IMG/VR virus record: IMGVR_UViG_3300012031_000073
Coordinates: 1-25,209 of that record
DNA: 25,209 nt
Strand: one strand, 5' to 3'
Origin: a virus
Lineage: Duplodnaviria > Caudoviricetes
In this document: positions 16,353-25,209 of the stretch, piece by piece
Layout of the letters: each line of letters opens with the position of its first letter
Position numbering within the stretch: position 1 is the first letter of the stretch
Notes under the pieces: generated by a model
Told to the model about the DNA's origin: nothing
What the model saw: only the letters and a program-made list of their open reading frames with translations
The model's database searches: none
Translations under genes and position numbers: made by a program

Positions 16353-16763
16353 TTGAAACATGAGGACGTACTGAACTACCTAGAGGAGCAGATAAAAAAT
16401 ACAGCCACATCAAGGAAATTAATCAATTTAAGATCTGGTGTGCCCTATGATTTAATGAACAGACTCCATAGGCAAACAGGTATGAGAGTGTCCACCTTTA
16501 TGCAGGCACTCAATGCCATAAACAATAACAAGCAACAAAGGCAAGAAGACATCATGCAAACATTGGCCAGGAACTTAAACAAATACTTTAGCACTTCTGT
16601 AAGAGCCTTTGCAAGGAAAGTGCAAATGGATTACTGGACCATACTAGCATTAACCAACGCCTCAAGAAGAGATACCTACATAGCAACCTTAGATCAATTG
16701 GCTAATCAATTGGATACCACAATAGTAGAGTTACTAACTGAAGACAAGGAGAAGACATTATGA
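16353..16763 (+). CDS. tandem Xre/Cro-like HTH regulator
   Basis: Two HTH-like halves: SRKLINLRSGVPYDLMNRL...MRVSTFMQALNAI and SVRAFARKVQMDYWTILAL...IATLDQLANQLDTTIVELL. TTG start. Confidence 0.7.
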   Translation: MKHEDVLNYLEEQIKNTATSRKLINLRSGVPYDLMNRLHRQTGMRVSTFMQALNAINNNKQQRQEDIMQTLARNLNKYFSTSVRAFARKVQMDYWTILALTNASRRDTYIATLDQLANQLDTTIVELLTEDKEKTL

Positions 16764-17092
16764 GTAAGATCATCATCACCATTCAGCAGGACACAGAAAC
16801 ACAGGAGCAGATAACAGGCATTGATGGGAAGGTTACCCTAGAAACATTCATGTCTTTGACAGCCACTTCTATACTGGGCATGCTACACCAGACATTAGAC
16901 CAAGCCAAAGCAGAAGAGAAAGCAGATTTAAAAGAATACTTATTTGACCAGAGCAATGAACTCTTCAGTTCTATACTCAATGCTTTTGCACCAGAGATTG
17001 AGCTAAGACCAGACATCACTGAAGAAGCTATCCTGAGAGCAGAGCTAGAGATACATAAGGAAAACAAAACAAAGCTAGAGGTTATTAAGTAA
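16760..17092 (+). CDS. hypothetical protein preceding the terminase large subunit
   Basis: ATGA overlap with the upstream gene and TAATG overlap with terL; sits where a small terminase gene usually lies. Confidence 0.7.
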   Translation: MSKIIITIQQDTETQEQITGIDGKVTLETFMSLTATSILGMLHQTLDQAKAEEKADLKEYLFDQSNELFSSILNAFAPEIELRPDITEEAILRAELEIHKENKTKLEVIK

Positions 17093-18603
17093 TGAAGTGT
17101 CCGACATGTGGGAATCACATTAAGAAAGCCAGTACCATCTCAGGGAATGCCAGTGAGTTTTGGTTTGAATGCTCTAAATGTAATACCTATCTTAACTCCT
17201 ACAAACCTCAAGACCATCAGATGGCTACACACAAGGACCTCCACCTATACATCATGAACGCTGGAGCATATGGTTCAGGAAAGACTTTAACCTCTAGGGA
17301 GGAAGTATATAGGCATATCATGATCACACCCAATGCCAACATCCTTATAGGGGCCAAGGTATCCAGCCAGTATGAGCAGACCATTAAGAGAGACATAGAG
17401 AATGACTTCCCTAAAGCCCTGGTAGCTAAGGTGAATATACAGAAGTCTTACATTGATTTCATCAACGGTGCCAGACTTATGTTCAGACCCTTTGATGACC
17501 CAGAGAAATTAAGGTCACTGAACTTAACCATGTTCGTAATAGTGGAGGCATCTGAAACAACAGCTGAAACCTTCCAGCAGTTAAAGACCAGAACAAGAAA
17601 CTCTGCAGCCTTTACAGCCACACACGATTGGCGTAGAGGTATTGTTGAAACAAACCCAGGGGCAGGATGGATCAGATCAGACGTACTCTTGAATGCAGAA
17701 GTCATTGAAGTTCACGGGGACTCTGAAGAAATATACCCACCTAGTCTTTCACCAGATCCAAACATCTCAGTACACATCACCACCACATCAGCCAACAAGT
17801 ACCTACCCCCTAACTTCATCAATGAGCTGTCAACCAACAGACCTCTATGGTGGGTTAAGAAATACATCCATGGCTCTTTCCAGTATGCAGAAGGACTGGT
17901 TTATCCAGGGGCATCAAGAGCAGTGGTAGAACCATTTGACATACCACCACACTGGAGAAGGGTAGTTGCCTGTGACTATGGCCTATCAGATAAGTTTGCT
18001 TTCCTATCCGTAGCCATTAGTCCAAGGGGTATAGCCTATGCTTACAAGAACAAGACCACCACGGACATGGACATAGAGGCACTGTCTCATATGTACTATG
18101 AATTTGTAGATGACATACCTTACGGTTCCTTATACACCGCACCAATCATGGACCCTAAGTCAGGTGCCAAGAGAGACTACAACAAGAAGACCCTCTATGA
18201 TCACTTCCTTGATTACGGAATCTTCTTTCAACCAGGCCACATACAAGTGGACGCACGTATCTTCAGGGTTAACACCTTCATAAATTCCGGGAGGCTGAAG
18301 ATATTCAGTACATGTACAGAACTCTTAGAGGAAATCAATGACTACAAGTTCCCAGAGAAGTCCTTGAATGCTTCGAGACACAACCAAGACAAGCCAGTGG
18401 ACAAGAACAATCACTCTATCAACCCACTGGAATGGATATGTATGGCACTACCAGCAGACCCATCCAAGTTAGTCCTCATCAGTGGTTCCTACTACGGTTC
18501 AAATGATGGAGAGACAGGACAAGCAGAAGGAAACGGCTGGCAATTAGATGACGACCGCAAGGAAGTAGGCTCTACAGTCTTCAGACTTGCAGACATGTAC
18601 TAA
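17092..18603 (+). CDS. terL: terminase large subunit with an N-terminal zinc ribbon
   Basis: CPTC...CSKC; Walker A GAYGSGKT; LRSLN; Walker B FVIVEASE; ETNP coupling motif; RNase H-like ACDYGLSD. Confidence 0.88.
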   Translation: MKCPTCGNHIKKASTISGNASEFWFECSKCNTYLNSYKPQDHQMATHKDLHLYIMNAGAYGSGKTLTSREEVYRHIMITPNANILIGAKVSSQYEQTIKRDIENDFPKALVAKVNIQKSYIDFINGARLMFRPFDDPEKLRSLNLTMFVIVEASETTAETFQQLKTRTRNSAAFTATHDWRRGIVETNPGAGWIRSDVLLNAEVIEVHGDSEEIYPPSLSPDPNISVHITTTSANKYLPPNFINELSTNRPLWWVKKYIHGSFQYAEGLVYPGASRAVVEPFDIPPHWRRVVACDYGLSDKFAFLSVAISPRGIAYAYKNKTTTDMDIEALSHMYYEFVDDIPYGSLYTAPIMDPKSGAKRDYNKKTLYDHFLDYGIFFQPGHIQVDARIFRVNTFINSGRLKIFSTCTELLEEINDYKFPEKSLNASRHNQDKPVDKNNHSINPLEWICMALPADPSKLVLISGSYYGSNDGETGQAEGNGWQLDDDRKEVGSTVFRLADMY

Positions 18604-18618
18604 GAATAAGGAGGAAGT

Positions 18619-18843
18619 ATGGAAATTTTTGGATTAAGTCTCATAGCCATAGCACTTATATGGTCACGCAAGCCCCCAACCTTTAAGATTCACTACCAGA
18701 ACACCAACACTCTGCCTACCTATGAGCCATTGACGGAGGAAGAGCTGCAAGAAATAGAGAAGAAGGTGAACAAGGACCCATCGGTTAGCTTCGCTGAGGC
18801 CTTGAGCAACGCCATGACTGCATTAGGAGGGGACGATGAGTAA
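18619..18843 (+). CDS. small protein with a hydrophobic N-terminus
   Basis: AGGAGG RBS; IFGLSLIAIALIW segment; overlaps the portal start. Confidence 0.7.
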   Translation: MEIFGLSLIAIALIWSRKPPTFKIHYQNTNTLPTYEPLTEEELQEIEKKVNKDPSVSFAEALSNAMTALGGDDE

Positions 18844-20719
18844 AAAATCAGACAAGCTTACCACCAAGGGTGTAGAATTACCGGAAGGTGTGACTCTTCA
18901 GGACCTTAAGTCCAACTGGGACGAGGCCTTAAGAGAATATGGCCCAGCATTTAAGCGTATGAGAATTATTGACGGCACATATAGGGGGAGATTGTGGAAA
19001 GTCATCAAGGCTTCCCTACCAAAGGACCAGATCCTGGCAGATACCAACCATGTTGCCTACGTTGCCTCCAATTTACTGGCATCATTGTACTCAGTGGGGC
19101 GATCGGCCGACATTCACGCCACCAATGAGGAGGATATGGAGATTGCTACCCACCTGACCCTGGTATTGGACCACATATGGGGAACAAAGAACGTACCCTA
19201 CTACCAAATGCTAGCAGGTGAGCGAGCTGCCGTAACAAACCTAGGCATTACCCAGGTAGGTTGGGAAGGTGACGTACTTACTGGACGTGATGTTACATTA
19301 CAGAAGGGCACACCTGTATTTAAGAACGTTGACCCCATGACATTCATGCGTGACCCCTATGCAGACAGTATGGAAGAGGCAGCCTACGCAGTGAAGTGGG
19401 ATAACTTCCATAAGCAAACCATATTGCGTCATGACAACTACAGAGAGGCCTTCAAGAAATACTTAGAGACACATGACGGTGGGTCTAGTGCAGTACCTAA
19501 ACCACAGAAGGCAACTGACCAACCCAACAAAGCAATGGCAGACAGATATGATGTGATCAAGCACTATGTCTTTGATGAAGGAGACATGCACATCATACAC
19601 ACCATTGACAATGAGTATGTTCTTCAGGTAGAGGAATCAGCCAAGCCTGCAGTGCTACCATTTGCAGAGTTGTTCTGTAACCTGCCTAGTGGTGATGTCA
19701 TTGGTTCAGGAGAGCCATCAAAGATATTCACAAACTCTGTGGCTTACAACTGGTTGAACTCTACCATACTGACAGCAGAACATAAGAGACAGAACCCTGT
19801 ACGCTTTGTGAATGTGCAGAGCCAGATCAACTTACGTGAGTTCATGAAGCACGGTACTGAAACAGATAGAGTCTTCCAAGTACAAGGGGATGCAACCAAA
19901 GCAGTCCACTACCATGAAGGACAACCTATCTCACCTGTGGCTATACAAACTATGAACTCTTTGGCCATGGACATACAACAGGTAACAGGTATCACAAGCA
20001 AGTACACTGGCGCAGACACAGGTTCATTGCTAACCACAGGTGGTATGGAGCAGATGTTAGACCAGGCCACTATGATAGACGCACCTAAGATTGCTAACTA
20101 CGAAGAGTACACCAGACGTATGACAATCCTATTGCTGAGTAACTTGATTGAGCATGGTGGCAAACGTAACTACCTGGTCAAGGATGCAGAGAGTGGTGAG
20201 CACAAGATGATTGAAGTTAAGTTCAACACCTTGAAGGATAATTCAGTGGGTTATAAAATCTTTGACTACCCTATTGCTATCTCACCTCACCTACCAAAGA
20301 ACAAACAACGTATAGCACAGATGGCTAACGTCATCATGGAGAAGCAGATGCAATACAACCAGAGTGGTCAGCAACCAATCACATTGATCACACCACAAGA
20401 ATGGTTGATGATGCAAGACCTACCAATGAAAGAGATGATGCTTAAGCGTATGGGTATTGAACAAACCAAGTCATACGTGGATGAAGTAACAAAGACTATC
20501 TTCCAATATGCTGACCTCCTTGAAGGGGGCATGGATGAAGAGCAAGCACTAATGGAAACAGCCAACGCTCTTCAGACCAATGCACCATCAGAGTATGGTG
20601 CCTCAATGCAAGAGATGCCAATGGGTCCAGACCCTAGCAGTATGCCTGGCATGCCACCACAAGAGCAAGCACCTGTGCAGGAGGAGCAATACCCTCCAAT
20701 GGAAGAAGACTTCTTCTAA
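18836..20719 (+). CDS. portal protein (podovirus/P22-like size)
   Basis: 627 aa, between terL and scaffold/capsid. Contains VDPMTFMRDPYA and IQQVTGITSKYTG, a helical C-terminus and an M/P/Q/E-rich tail. Confidence 0.8.
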   Translation: MSKKSDKLTTKGVELPEGVTLQDLKSNWDEALREYGPAFKRMRIIDGTYRGRLWKVIKASLPKDQILADTNHVAYVASNLLASLYSVGRSADIHATNEEDMEIATHLTLVLDHIWGTKNVPYYQMLAGERAAVTNLGITQVGWEGDVLTGRDVTLQKGTPVFKNVDPMTFMRDPYADSMEEAAYAVKWDNFHKQTILRHDNYREAFKKYLETHDGGSSAVPKPQKATDQPNKAMADRYDVIKHYVFDEGDMHIIHTIDNEYVLQVEESAKPAVLPFAELFCNLPSGDVIGSGEPSKIFTNSVAYNWLNSTILTAEHKRQNPVRFVNVQSQINLREFMKHGTETDRVFQVQGDATKAVHYHEGQPISPVAIQTMNSLAMDIQQVTGITSKYTGADTGSLLTTGGMEQMLDQATMIDAPKIANYEEYTRRMTILLLSNLIEHGGKRNYLVKDAESGEHKMIEVKFNTLKDNSVGYKIFDYPIAISPHLPKNKQRIAQMANVIMEKQMQYNQSGQQPITLITPQEWLMMQDLPMKEMMLKRMGIEQTKSYVDEVTKTIFQYADLLEGGMDEEQALMETANALQTNAPSEYGASMQEMPMGPDPSSMPGMPPQEQAPVQEEQYPPMEEDFF

Positions 20720-20722
20720 TAT

Positions 20723-20749
20723 GTCAACCCTACGGGGTTGACTTTTTTT
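20723..20749 (+). terminator. intrinsic terminator after the portal gene
   Basis: GTCAACCC-TACG-GGGTTGAC followed by T7. Confidence 0.85.
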
Positions 20750-20766
20750 GCTTTAATAGGTATAAT
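20738..20766 (+). promoter_or_regulatory. sigmaA-type promoter for the scaffold/capsid operon
   Basis: TTGACT (20738-20743), 17-bp spacer, TATAAT (20761-20766). Confidence 0.75.
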
Positions 20767-20846
20767 AACTTAAAGGCCACGGCTTTCTCCGTGAGTATTA
20801 CAATCATACCCCGCCGTGTATGATGAAGGAAAGGAAATCGGTAGTT

Positions 20847-21692
20847 ATGGATAACCCAAAGAAATTTAATTTACAATTCTTCGCAGAGGAAGATGGCGAG
20901 GACACAGAAATCTCAGCAGTAAATCAACTTGACTTGTTAATGGACGCTGGTAAGACCGACGCAGACTTACAAGAAGATGATGAAAACCCAGAGGAAGATG
21001 ATGCACCTGAGAAGGAAGCAGATGAAACTGATAAGGGGGGTGACCAAGATCTCACTGATCAGGAGGACGAAGACACTGAAGCAGAGGACGAGCCAGTTGA
21101 GAAGGCAGTCAAGCAACAAGCACCTGCGGATAAGAAAGCAGCTGCAGCGTATGCTAAGTTAAGAACTGACAATGCCAAACTCAACAAGACAATTATGCAG
21201 ATTGCCAAGGCACTTGATCTGGACACAAGCAAAGGTGACGTACTCGTTGGTCTATCAAATCTTGCAGCTAATAAACTGGCGCAGAAAGAAAATTTATCTG
21301 TTGAGGTATATAACGAACTCAACACCACGAGAGAACAGTTACAAGAATTACAACGCAAGCACAATGTAGATGCCGCTAGAAAACAAGTGTATGACTTGAA
21401 GGTTAAGTATGGGCTAGAAGAAGATGACCTCGGAACATTCCTAGATTCACTGGATGCAGAAGGTGTCAATCCTATAGATGACCCATCAATAGACCTAGAG
21501 TATCACTACTACAAAATGAACAAGGATACCATCTTGGACACTGTAAAAGAAAAAGCTAGACAAGAAGCATTGAAAAGTTCTCTGGCGGGGAAAGCAAATA
21601 AACCAGGTAAACTTACAGGTAAGCGAGCACCAGACAATGACAAGAAGATTGATAGTGTCAAAGGTTTGGACGAACTTATGGCTGGGAGATAA
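20847..21692 (+). CDS. capsid scaffolding protein
   Basis: Very acidic N-terminal half plus coiled coil, directly before the major capsid gene. N-terminal KKFNLQFFAE motif. Likely start is the ATG at 20847; the track gives 20820. Confidence 0.8.
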   Translation: MDNPKKFNLQFFAEEDGEDTEISAVNQLDLLMDAGKTDADLQEDDENPEEDDAPEKEADETDKGGDQDLTDQEDEDTEAEDEPVEKAVKQQAPADKKAAAAYAKLRTDNAKLNKTIMQIAKALDLDTSKGDVLVGLSNLAANKLAQKENLSVEVYNELNTTREQLQELQRKHNVDAARKQVYDLKVKYGLEEDDLGTFLDSLDAEGVNPIDDPSIDLEYHYYKMNKDTILDTVKEKARQEALKSSLAGKANKPGKLTGKRAPDNDKKIDSVKGLDELMAGR

Positions 21693-21722
21693 CCTAAGAT
21701 GATTGTAATATAAGGAGGAAAT

Positions 21723-22958
21723 ATGGCTACACTTAATGCATTACAACCTATGGCTGATATTAACAGCCACATTGAATACGTAAACAAACATGGCGCAGGA
21801 GTTGTAAACCCTGAGACATTTTACACAAAGCAATTATTAGATACCATCCGAATTGATGGAGACCAATACATCTACCACATGGTAGCTGATGAGTCACCAA
21901 TCCAAGACAAGGCAGACAAGTTAACTGTAAGACGTTGGGCACCATTGCAAGCACACACTGTGCCATTACCTGAAGGTGTTCCACCACAATCAGACAAAGG
22001 CTCAGTTGAAGTTTATGAAATGGAAGCAGACGGTTATGGTAGATACATGGAGTTTACGGACAGAGTAAGCTTCAAAGTAGTTGACCCAGTTATTGCACAC
22101 TACTCAGCACAGTACTCACTTGTTGCATTAGAAACAATTGACATGCTTGCTAGAGAAGAGTTACTTTCAAAAGCTCAACGTCACTTTGCTGGTGATGCAT
22201 TGAACATTGAAGGTATGAGAATAGCAACAGGTGTTCCTAAATTATCTGACATGAGATTGATTGTTCTTTCTTTAAAGAGACAATTAGTTAAACCTAGATC
22301 AGGCGCAAACTACACAGCTATTGTTTCTTCAGAATTTGTGTATGATATGTTAGACGATCCATACATTGAAAAGTACATGAGCATTAACCAGACTACCAAA
22401 GGTATGATGGATTCTATTCATGGTGATGTATTGATCCCATTGTTTAACCTTGAGTTCAAAGAGACTATGGTATGTCCTACTACTTCAGAGTTCATTGACT
22501 CTGGTGGTAAGAAGTCAATCATAGCTTACAAAGTTAAAGATGCAACAGATGATGGCACTGCATGGGTTGGAACATTAGACGCACTAGGTTATGTTTACAG
22601 AACTTTCAACACTGATGATGGAGAGTACTCTTTGGTATCAGGTTATGTTAAAGATTCAAGAACAGGCAAAGATGCTTCTTACATTCCTAACCAAGATGTA
22701 TGGACATTACCTGATGGTTGGTCAGAGTTAAAGATTCACCATATCTTAATCTTAGGTCAAGGTGCTTTAACTAGAACTGGATTAGCTGGAGAGCAAAGTG
22801 CTAAGATGTACGCTAAGCCATTAGGTTCAGCAGGTCCTTTAGATCCAATTGATCAAAGACAATCAATTGGTTTCAAGATCAACTCTGTTGGGTATGGTTC
22901 AACTAGATTGGAAGCAATCGTAGACTACATGTGTATCCCGACACAAGCTAATTTATAG
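21723..22958 (+). CDS. major capsid protein (N4-gp56-like family)
   Basis: FYTKQLL, LPEGVPP, YGRYMEFTD and KPLGSAGPLDPIDQRQSIGFK motifs; strong RBS. Confidence 0.85.
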   Translation: MATLNALQPMADINSHIEYVNKHGAGVVNPETFYTKQLLDTIRIDGDQYIYHMVADESPIQDKADKLTVRRWAPLQAHTVPLPEGVPPQSDKGSVEVYEMEADGYGRYMEFTDRVSFKVVDPVIAHYSAQYSLVALETIDMLAREELLSKAQRHFAGDALNIEGMRIATGVPKLSDMRLIVLSLKRQLVKPRSGANYTAIVSSEFVYDMLDDPYIEKYMSINQTTKGMMDSIHGDVLIPLFNLEFKETMVCPTTSEFIDSGGKKSIIAYKVKDATDDGTAWVGTLDALGYVYRTFNTDDGEYSLVSGYVKDSRTGKDASYIPNQDVWTLPDGWSELKIHHILILGQGALTRTGLAGEQSAKMYAKPLGSAGPLDPIDQRQSIGFKINSVGYGSTRLEAIVDYMCIPTQANL

Positions 22959-22968
22959 GAGGTTACCC

Positions 22969-23454
22969 ATGGCAGCAAAAGATAAAGCTAAAGAAGATGA
23001 GAACATTGCAGCAGTACACGCAAGGTGTGAAGAGTTAGGTATAGACCCTGGTAAAAAAGGTGTGGCTACTTTACTTGAGAACATTGAGATGGTTGAGGCA
23101 GCGCTGGCTAACATGCCAGCTAAGCCAGTTAAGAAAGTAATGCGACCAGAACATGTTAACGAGCGTGCTGCTCAGATGAAGAAGTCTGAACAATACAAAG
23201 CAGAAAAGAAAGTGGGTGTATCCATATCACCTATGTACTCTAATGAGTTTGGCAACACCATGCCCATCTCATTGAATGGTGTTAGGATATATATTCCATG
23301 CGATGGCAACACGTACAATGTACCAGAGTCTTTCGCAATGGAAATCAGAAGAAGAATATACGCCGTTGATACAAAAGCTAAGAGACGTAAGCGTATGGCT
23401 TCAGTACAAGATAACTCGGAAAAGTCACCTGGTGAAATTAGGTTGTTCCGATAA
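22969..23454 (+). CDS. hypothetical virion-associated protein
   Basis: AGGAGG RBS; directly after the major capsid gene and before a terminator. Confidence 0.75.
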   Translation: MAAKDKAKEDENIAAVHARCEELGIDPGKKGVATLLENIEMVEAALANMPAKPVKKVMRPEHVNERAAQMKKSEQYKAEKKVGVSISPMYSNEFGNTMPISLNGVRIYIPCDGNTYNVPESFAMEIRRRIYAVDTKAKRRKRMASVQDNSEKSPGEIRLFR

Positions 23455-23459
23455 ACCAC

Positions 23460-23490
23460 AAGGGGAGGCTAATCAGCTTCCCCTTTTTTC
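23460..23490 (+). terminator. intrinsic terminator closing the capsid operon
   Basis: AAGGGGAGGCT-AATC-AGCTTCCCCTT followed by TTTT. Confidence 0.85.
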
Positions 23491-23509
23491 ATTATACTAA
23501 GGAGGTTCT

Positions 23510-23980
23510 ATGAAACTTAATGACATAGTAGCCAGAGTAAATACATTGCTAGCAGGGGAACGCCACTCCTATAGGGACCTGGTGATCCACCTAGATGCAG
23601 CCATAGATGACATCAACGCACAGTTGAACGCAACCTTCCCTGCATTTTCTGAGTTACCTGTAGGTACAGACACTTATGACTTCTTCCCTGACAGGTACAT
23701 CAGAACCGCTGTGGCAACAGGGGCAGCGTGGTACTACTTTGTAACAGATGAAGAAGGCGAGATGGTGTCACAGCAGTACACCTTCAACTATGAACGAAAT
23801 CTATTTGTCATGGTGCGTGACTACTTAGCTCTAGTGCCTATGGCCTACCGTGCAGACCTAGCCTTTGATGATCTGACAGGGGAGTACTACTACACACCAG
23901 ACGTATCCCTCCGACTGAATGATGACATGGAGAAGGATAGGAGAGGAGTGGTTATAGATGCAACCTACATCATCCCGTAA
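23510..23980 (+). CDS. putative head-tail adaptor protein
   Basis: Helical N-terminus MKLNDIVARVNTLL...HLDAAIDDINAQL and position after the capsid operon. Confidence 0.55.
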   Translation: MKLNDIVARVNTLLAGERHSYRDLVIHLDAAIDDINAQLNATFPAFSELPVGTDTYDFFPDRYIRTAVATGAAWYYFVTDEEGEMVSQQYTFNYERNLFVMVRDYLALVPMAYRADLAFDDLTGEYYYTPDVSLRLNDDMEKDRRGVVIDATYIIP

Positions 23981-25209
23981 CACATACAGAAAAAGAAGCC
24001 GTGAAGCTAGGGGTGCCCTGACTGAGACAGGCTTCGGTACCACTATGACTTACACAGATAACCCTATCATGGGAGCCAAGTCTAGACTGCTTGTTAATTA
24101 TATTCAGAAAGACTTCGGCACGAGAGCTAGGCCCAGAGGGGGTTACAGGAAAACAATAGATGAGTTACCACTGGGTGCTGGTATGGTTAATCCCTATGTA
24201 CACCACACGGGTATCACACTGGTGACCAACACAGTGACAGGAGACACAGCCATCAGACGTTACTCATTGATTGTCAGTGACCCTGGTCCCCTATCAAACT
24301 ATGTAGATGTAGCAGGTAGTAAGATTGTTATTGAAATTCCTTATGACAGACAAGATGTTATCATCGCTGTAGATGAGGAAGAGACCACCTCTACTTACCT
24401 AGTGCTATCTAATAATGTGGGTAGTCCTTATGCCATCAGACATAACCCTAGAGGTATGCTGGTTAAGAACATGGGTATCCTAGTGGATGCACCAACCCCT
24501 ATAGGTGTGCACACAAGTGTAGCATCCAACACCTATCTGCTAACAGACCAAGGGTTAGGAAGATTAGAGGTTAGTGTGAGTGCCGGAGTTTACACACATG
24601 GGGTAGCACTAGTAGAACCCACAGTAGTCAACCCGACCACTGCACAAAACTATGGTTACAACATGCTATTGGATACCCCTTACTTATTTGACAACGTGGA
24701 AACAGTGGAAGGTAGAATCACAGGTGCCATACCTTATGATGCTGTTGAGACCACTCGTGTAAAACTCCACGCCAGACTGGGTGAAAGAGTTTTATTCAGA
24801 GCCACCTATGAATACAAGACAGGCATCAACTACAGATTCAAATGGGAGATGCAAAGCATAACAGGCACCACCACTACTGAGGTTCTTCAGACCGCAGAAG
24901 CATCCCCAAACTACGCTGACGGTGCCGACGCAAGTATAGAAGTTGTAGCACTACACAAACAGTTCTCTATCATCGTGACCATGTACGAAGCAGCTAACTT
25001 AGCAGAACCTATATGGGTGTTGGAGATTCCATCATACACTTTAGTAGAGGATGACGGAGACAGCGCTAGACCAGCAGACAACTTTGATTTTAAAACAGCA
25101 ACACAGATGGCCAGTTGGAAAGGGCAGGTAGTTATGTGGGGTGTCGACAATGCAGAGACAGGCCTCTTCATGTCAAGCATCAACAACCCAACAGAGTTCC
25201 CCTACCCAC
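23958..25209 (+). CDS. putative tail tubular/nozzle protein; runs off the right edge
   Basis: Not in the track. GAGGAG RBS, ATG at 23958 (MQPTSSRNTYRKRSREARVPL...RLLVNY...RARPRGG), in frame with ...WKGQVVMWGVDNAETGLFMSSINNPTEFPYP at the edge. Beta-rich, and follows the adaptor as in podoviruses. Confidence 0.65.
   Translation, partial: MQPTSSRNTYRKRSREARGALTETGFGTTMTYTDNPIMGAKSRLLVNYIQKDFGTRARPRGGYRKTIDELPLGAGMVNPYVHHTGITLVTNTVTGDTAIRRYSLIVSDPGPLSNYVDVAGSKIVIEIPYDRQDVIIAVDEEETTSTYLVLSNNVGSPYAIRHNPRGMLVKNMGILVDAPTPIGVHTSVASNTYLLTDQGLGRLEVSVSAGVYTHGVALVEPTVVNPTTAQNYGYNMLLDTPYLFDNVETVEGRITGAIPYDAVETTRVKLHARLGERVLFRATYEYKTGINYRFKWEMQSITGTTTTEVLQTAEASPNYADGADASIEVVALHKQFSIIVTMYEAANLAEPIWVLEIPSYTLVEDDGDSARPADNFDFKTATQMASWKGQVVMWGVDNAETGLFMSSINNPTEFPYP

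Noticed and set aside
16783-25186. Minus-strand and short alternative-frame ORFs within the structural genes
   Set aside because: They overlap well-supported plus-strand genes and have no RBS or motifs.
1-25209. Stop-codon reassignment
   Set aside because: Genes are full length and densely packed under the standard bacterial code, with TAA, TAG and TGA all used as stops.

Overview
This is a 25 kb segment of a tailed phage genome, probably podovirus-like. The host is probably a Firmicute, judging by strong GGAGG ribosome-binding sites, sigmaA-type promoters and an NLQFFA Prp-cleavage motif on the scaffold protein. Two arms diverge from an AT-rich intergenic region (~15730-16352). The + arm is morphogenesis: double-HTH protein, terminase large subunit, portal, scaffold, N4-gp56-like major capsid, head-tail adaptor and a truncated tail/nozzle gene. 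The - arm carries small early genes and then an accessory cassette: a ubiquitin-like protein, an E2-like protein, a JAB/MPN+ peptidase, a ThiF/E1 enzyme and a retron-like reverse transcriptase. Replication genes follow (SNF2 helicase, Sak4-like ATPase, DUF669-like SSB, truncated primase). The main candidate for an undescribed system is this phage-encoded Ubl-E2-JAB-E1 operon joined to the RT. The RT is flanked on both sides by structured non-coding segments, each closed by terminal inverted repeats, with an unpaired G after the 5' arm. All calls come from reading motifs by eye; no database searches or folding programs were run.
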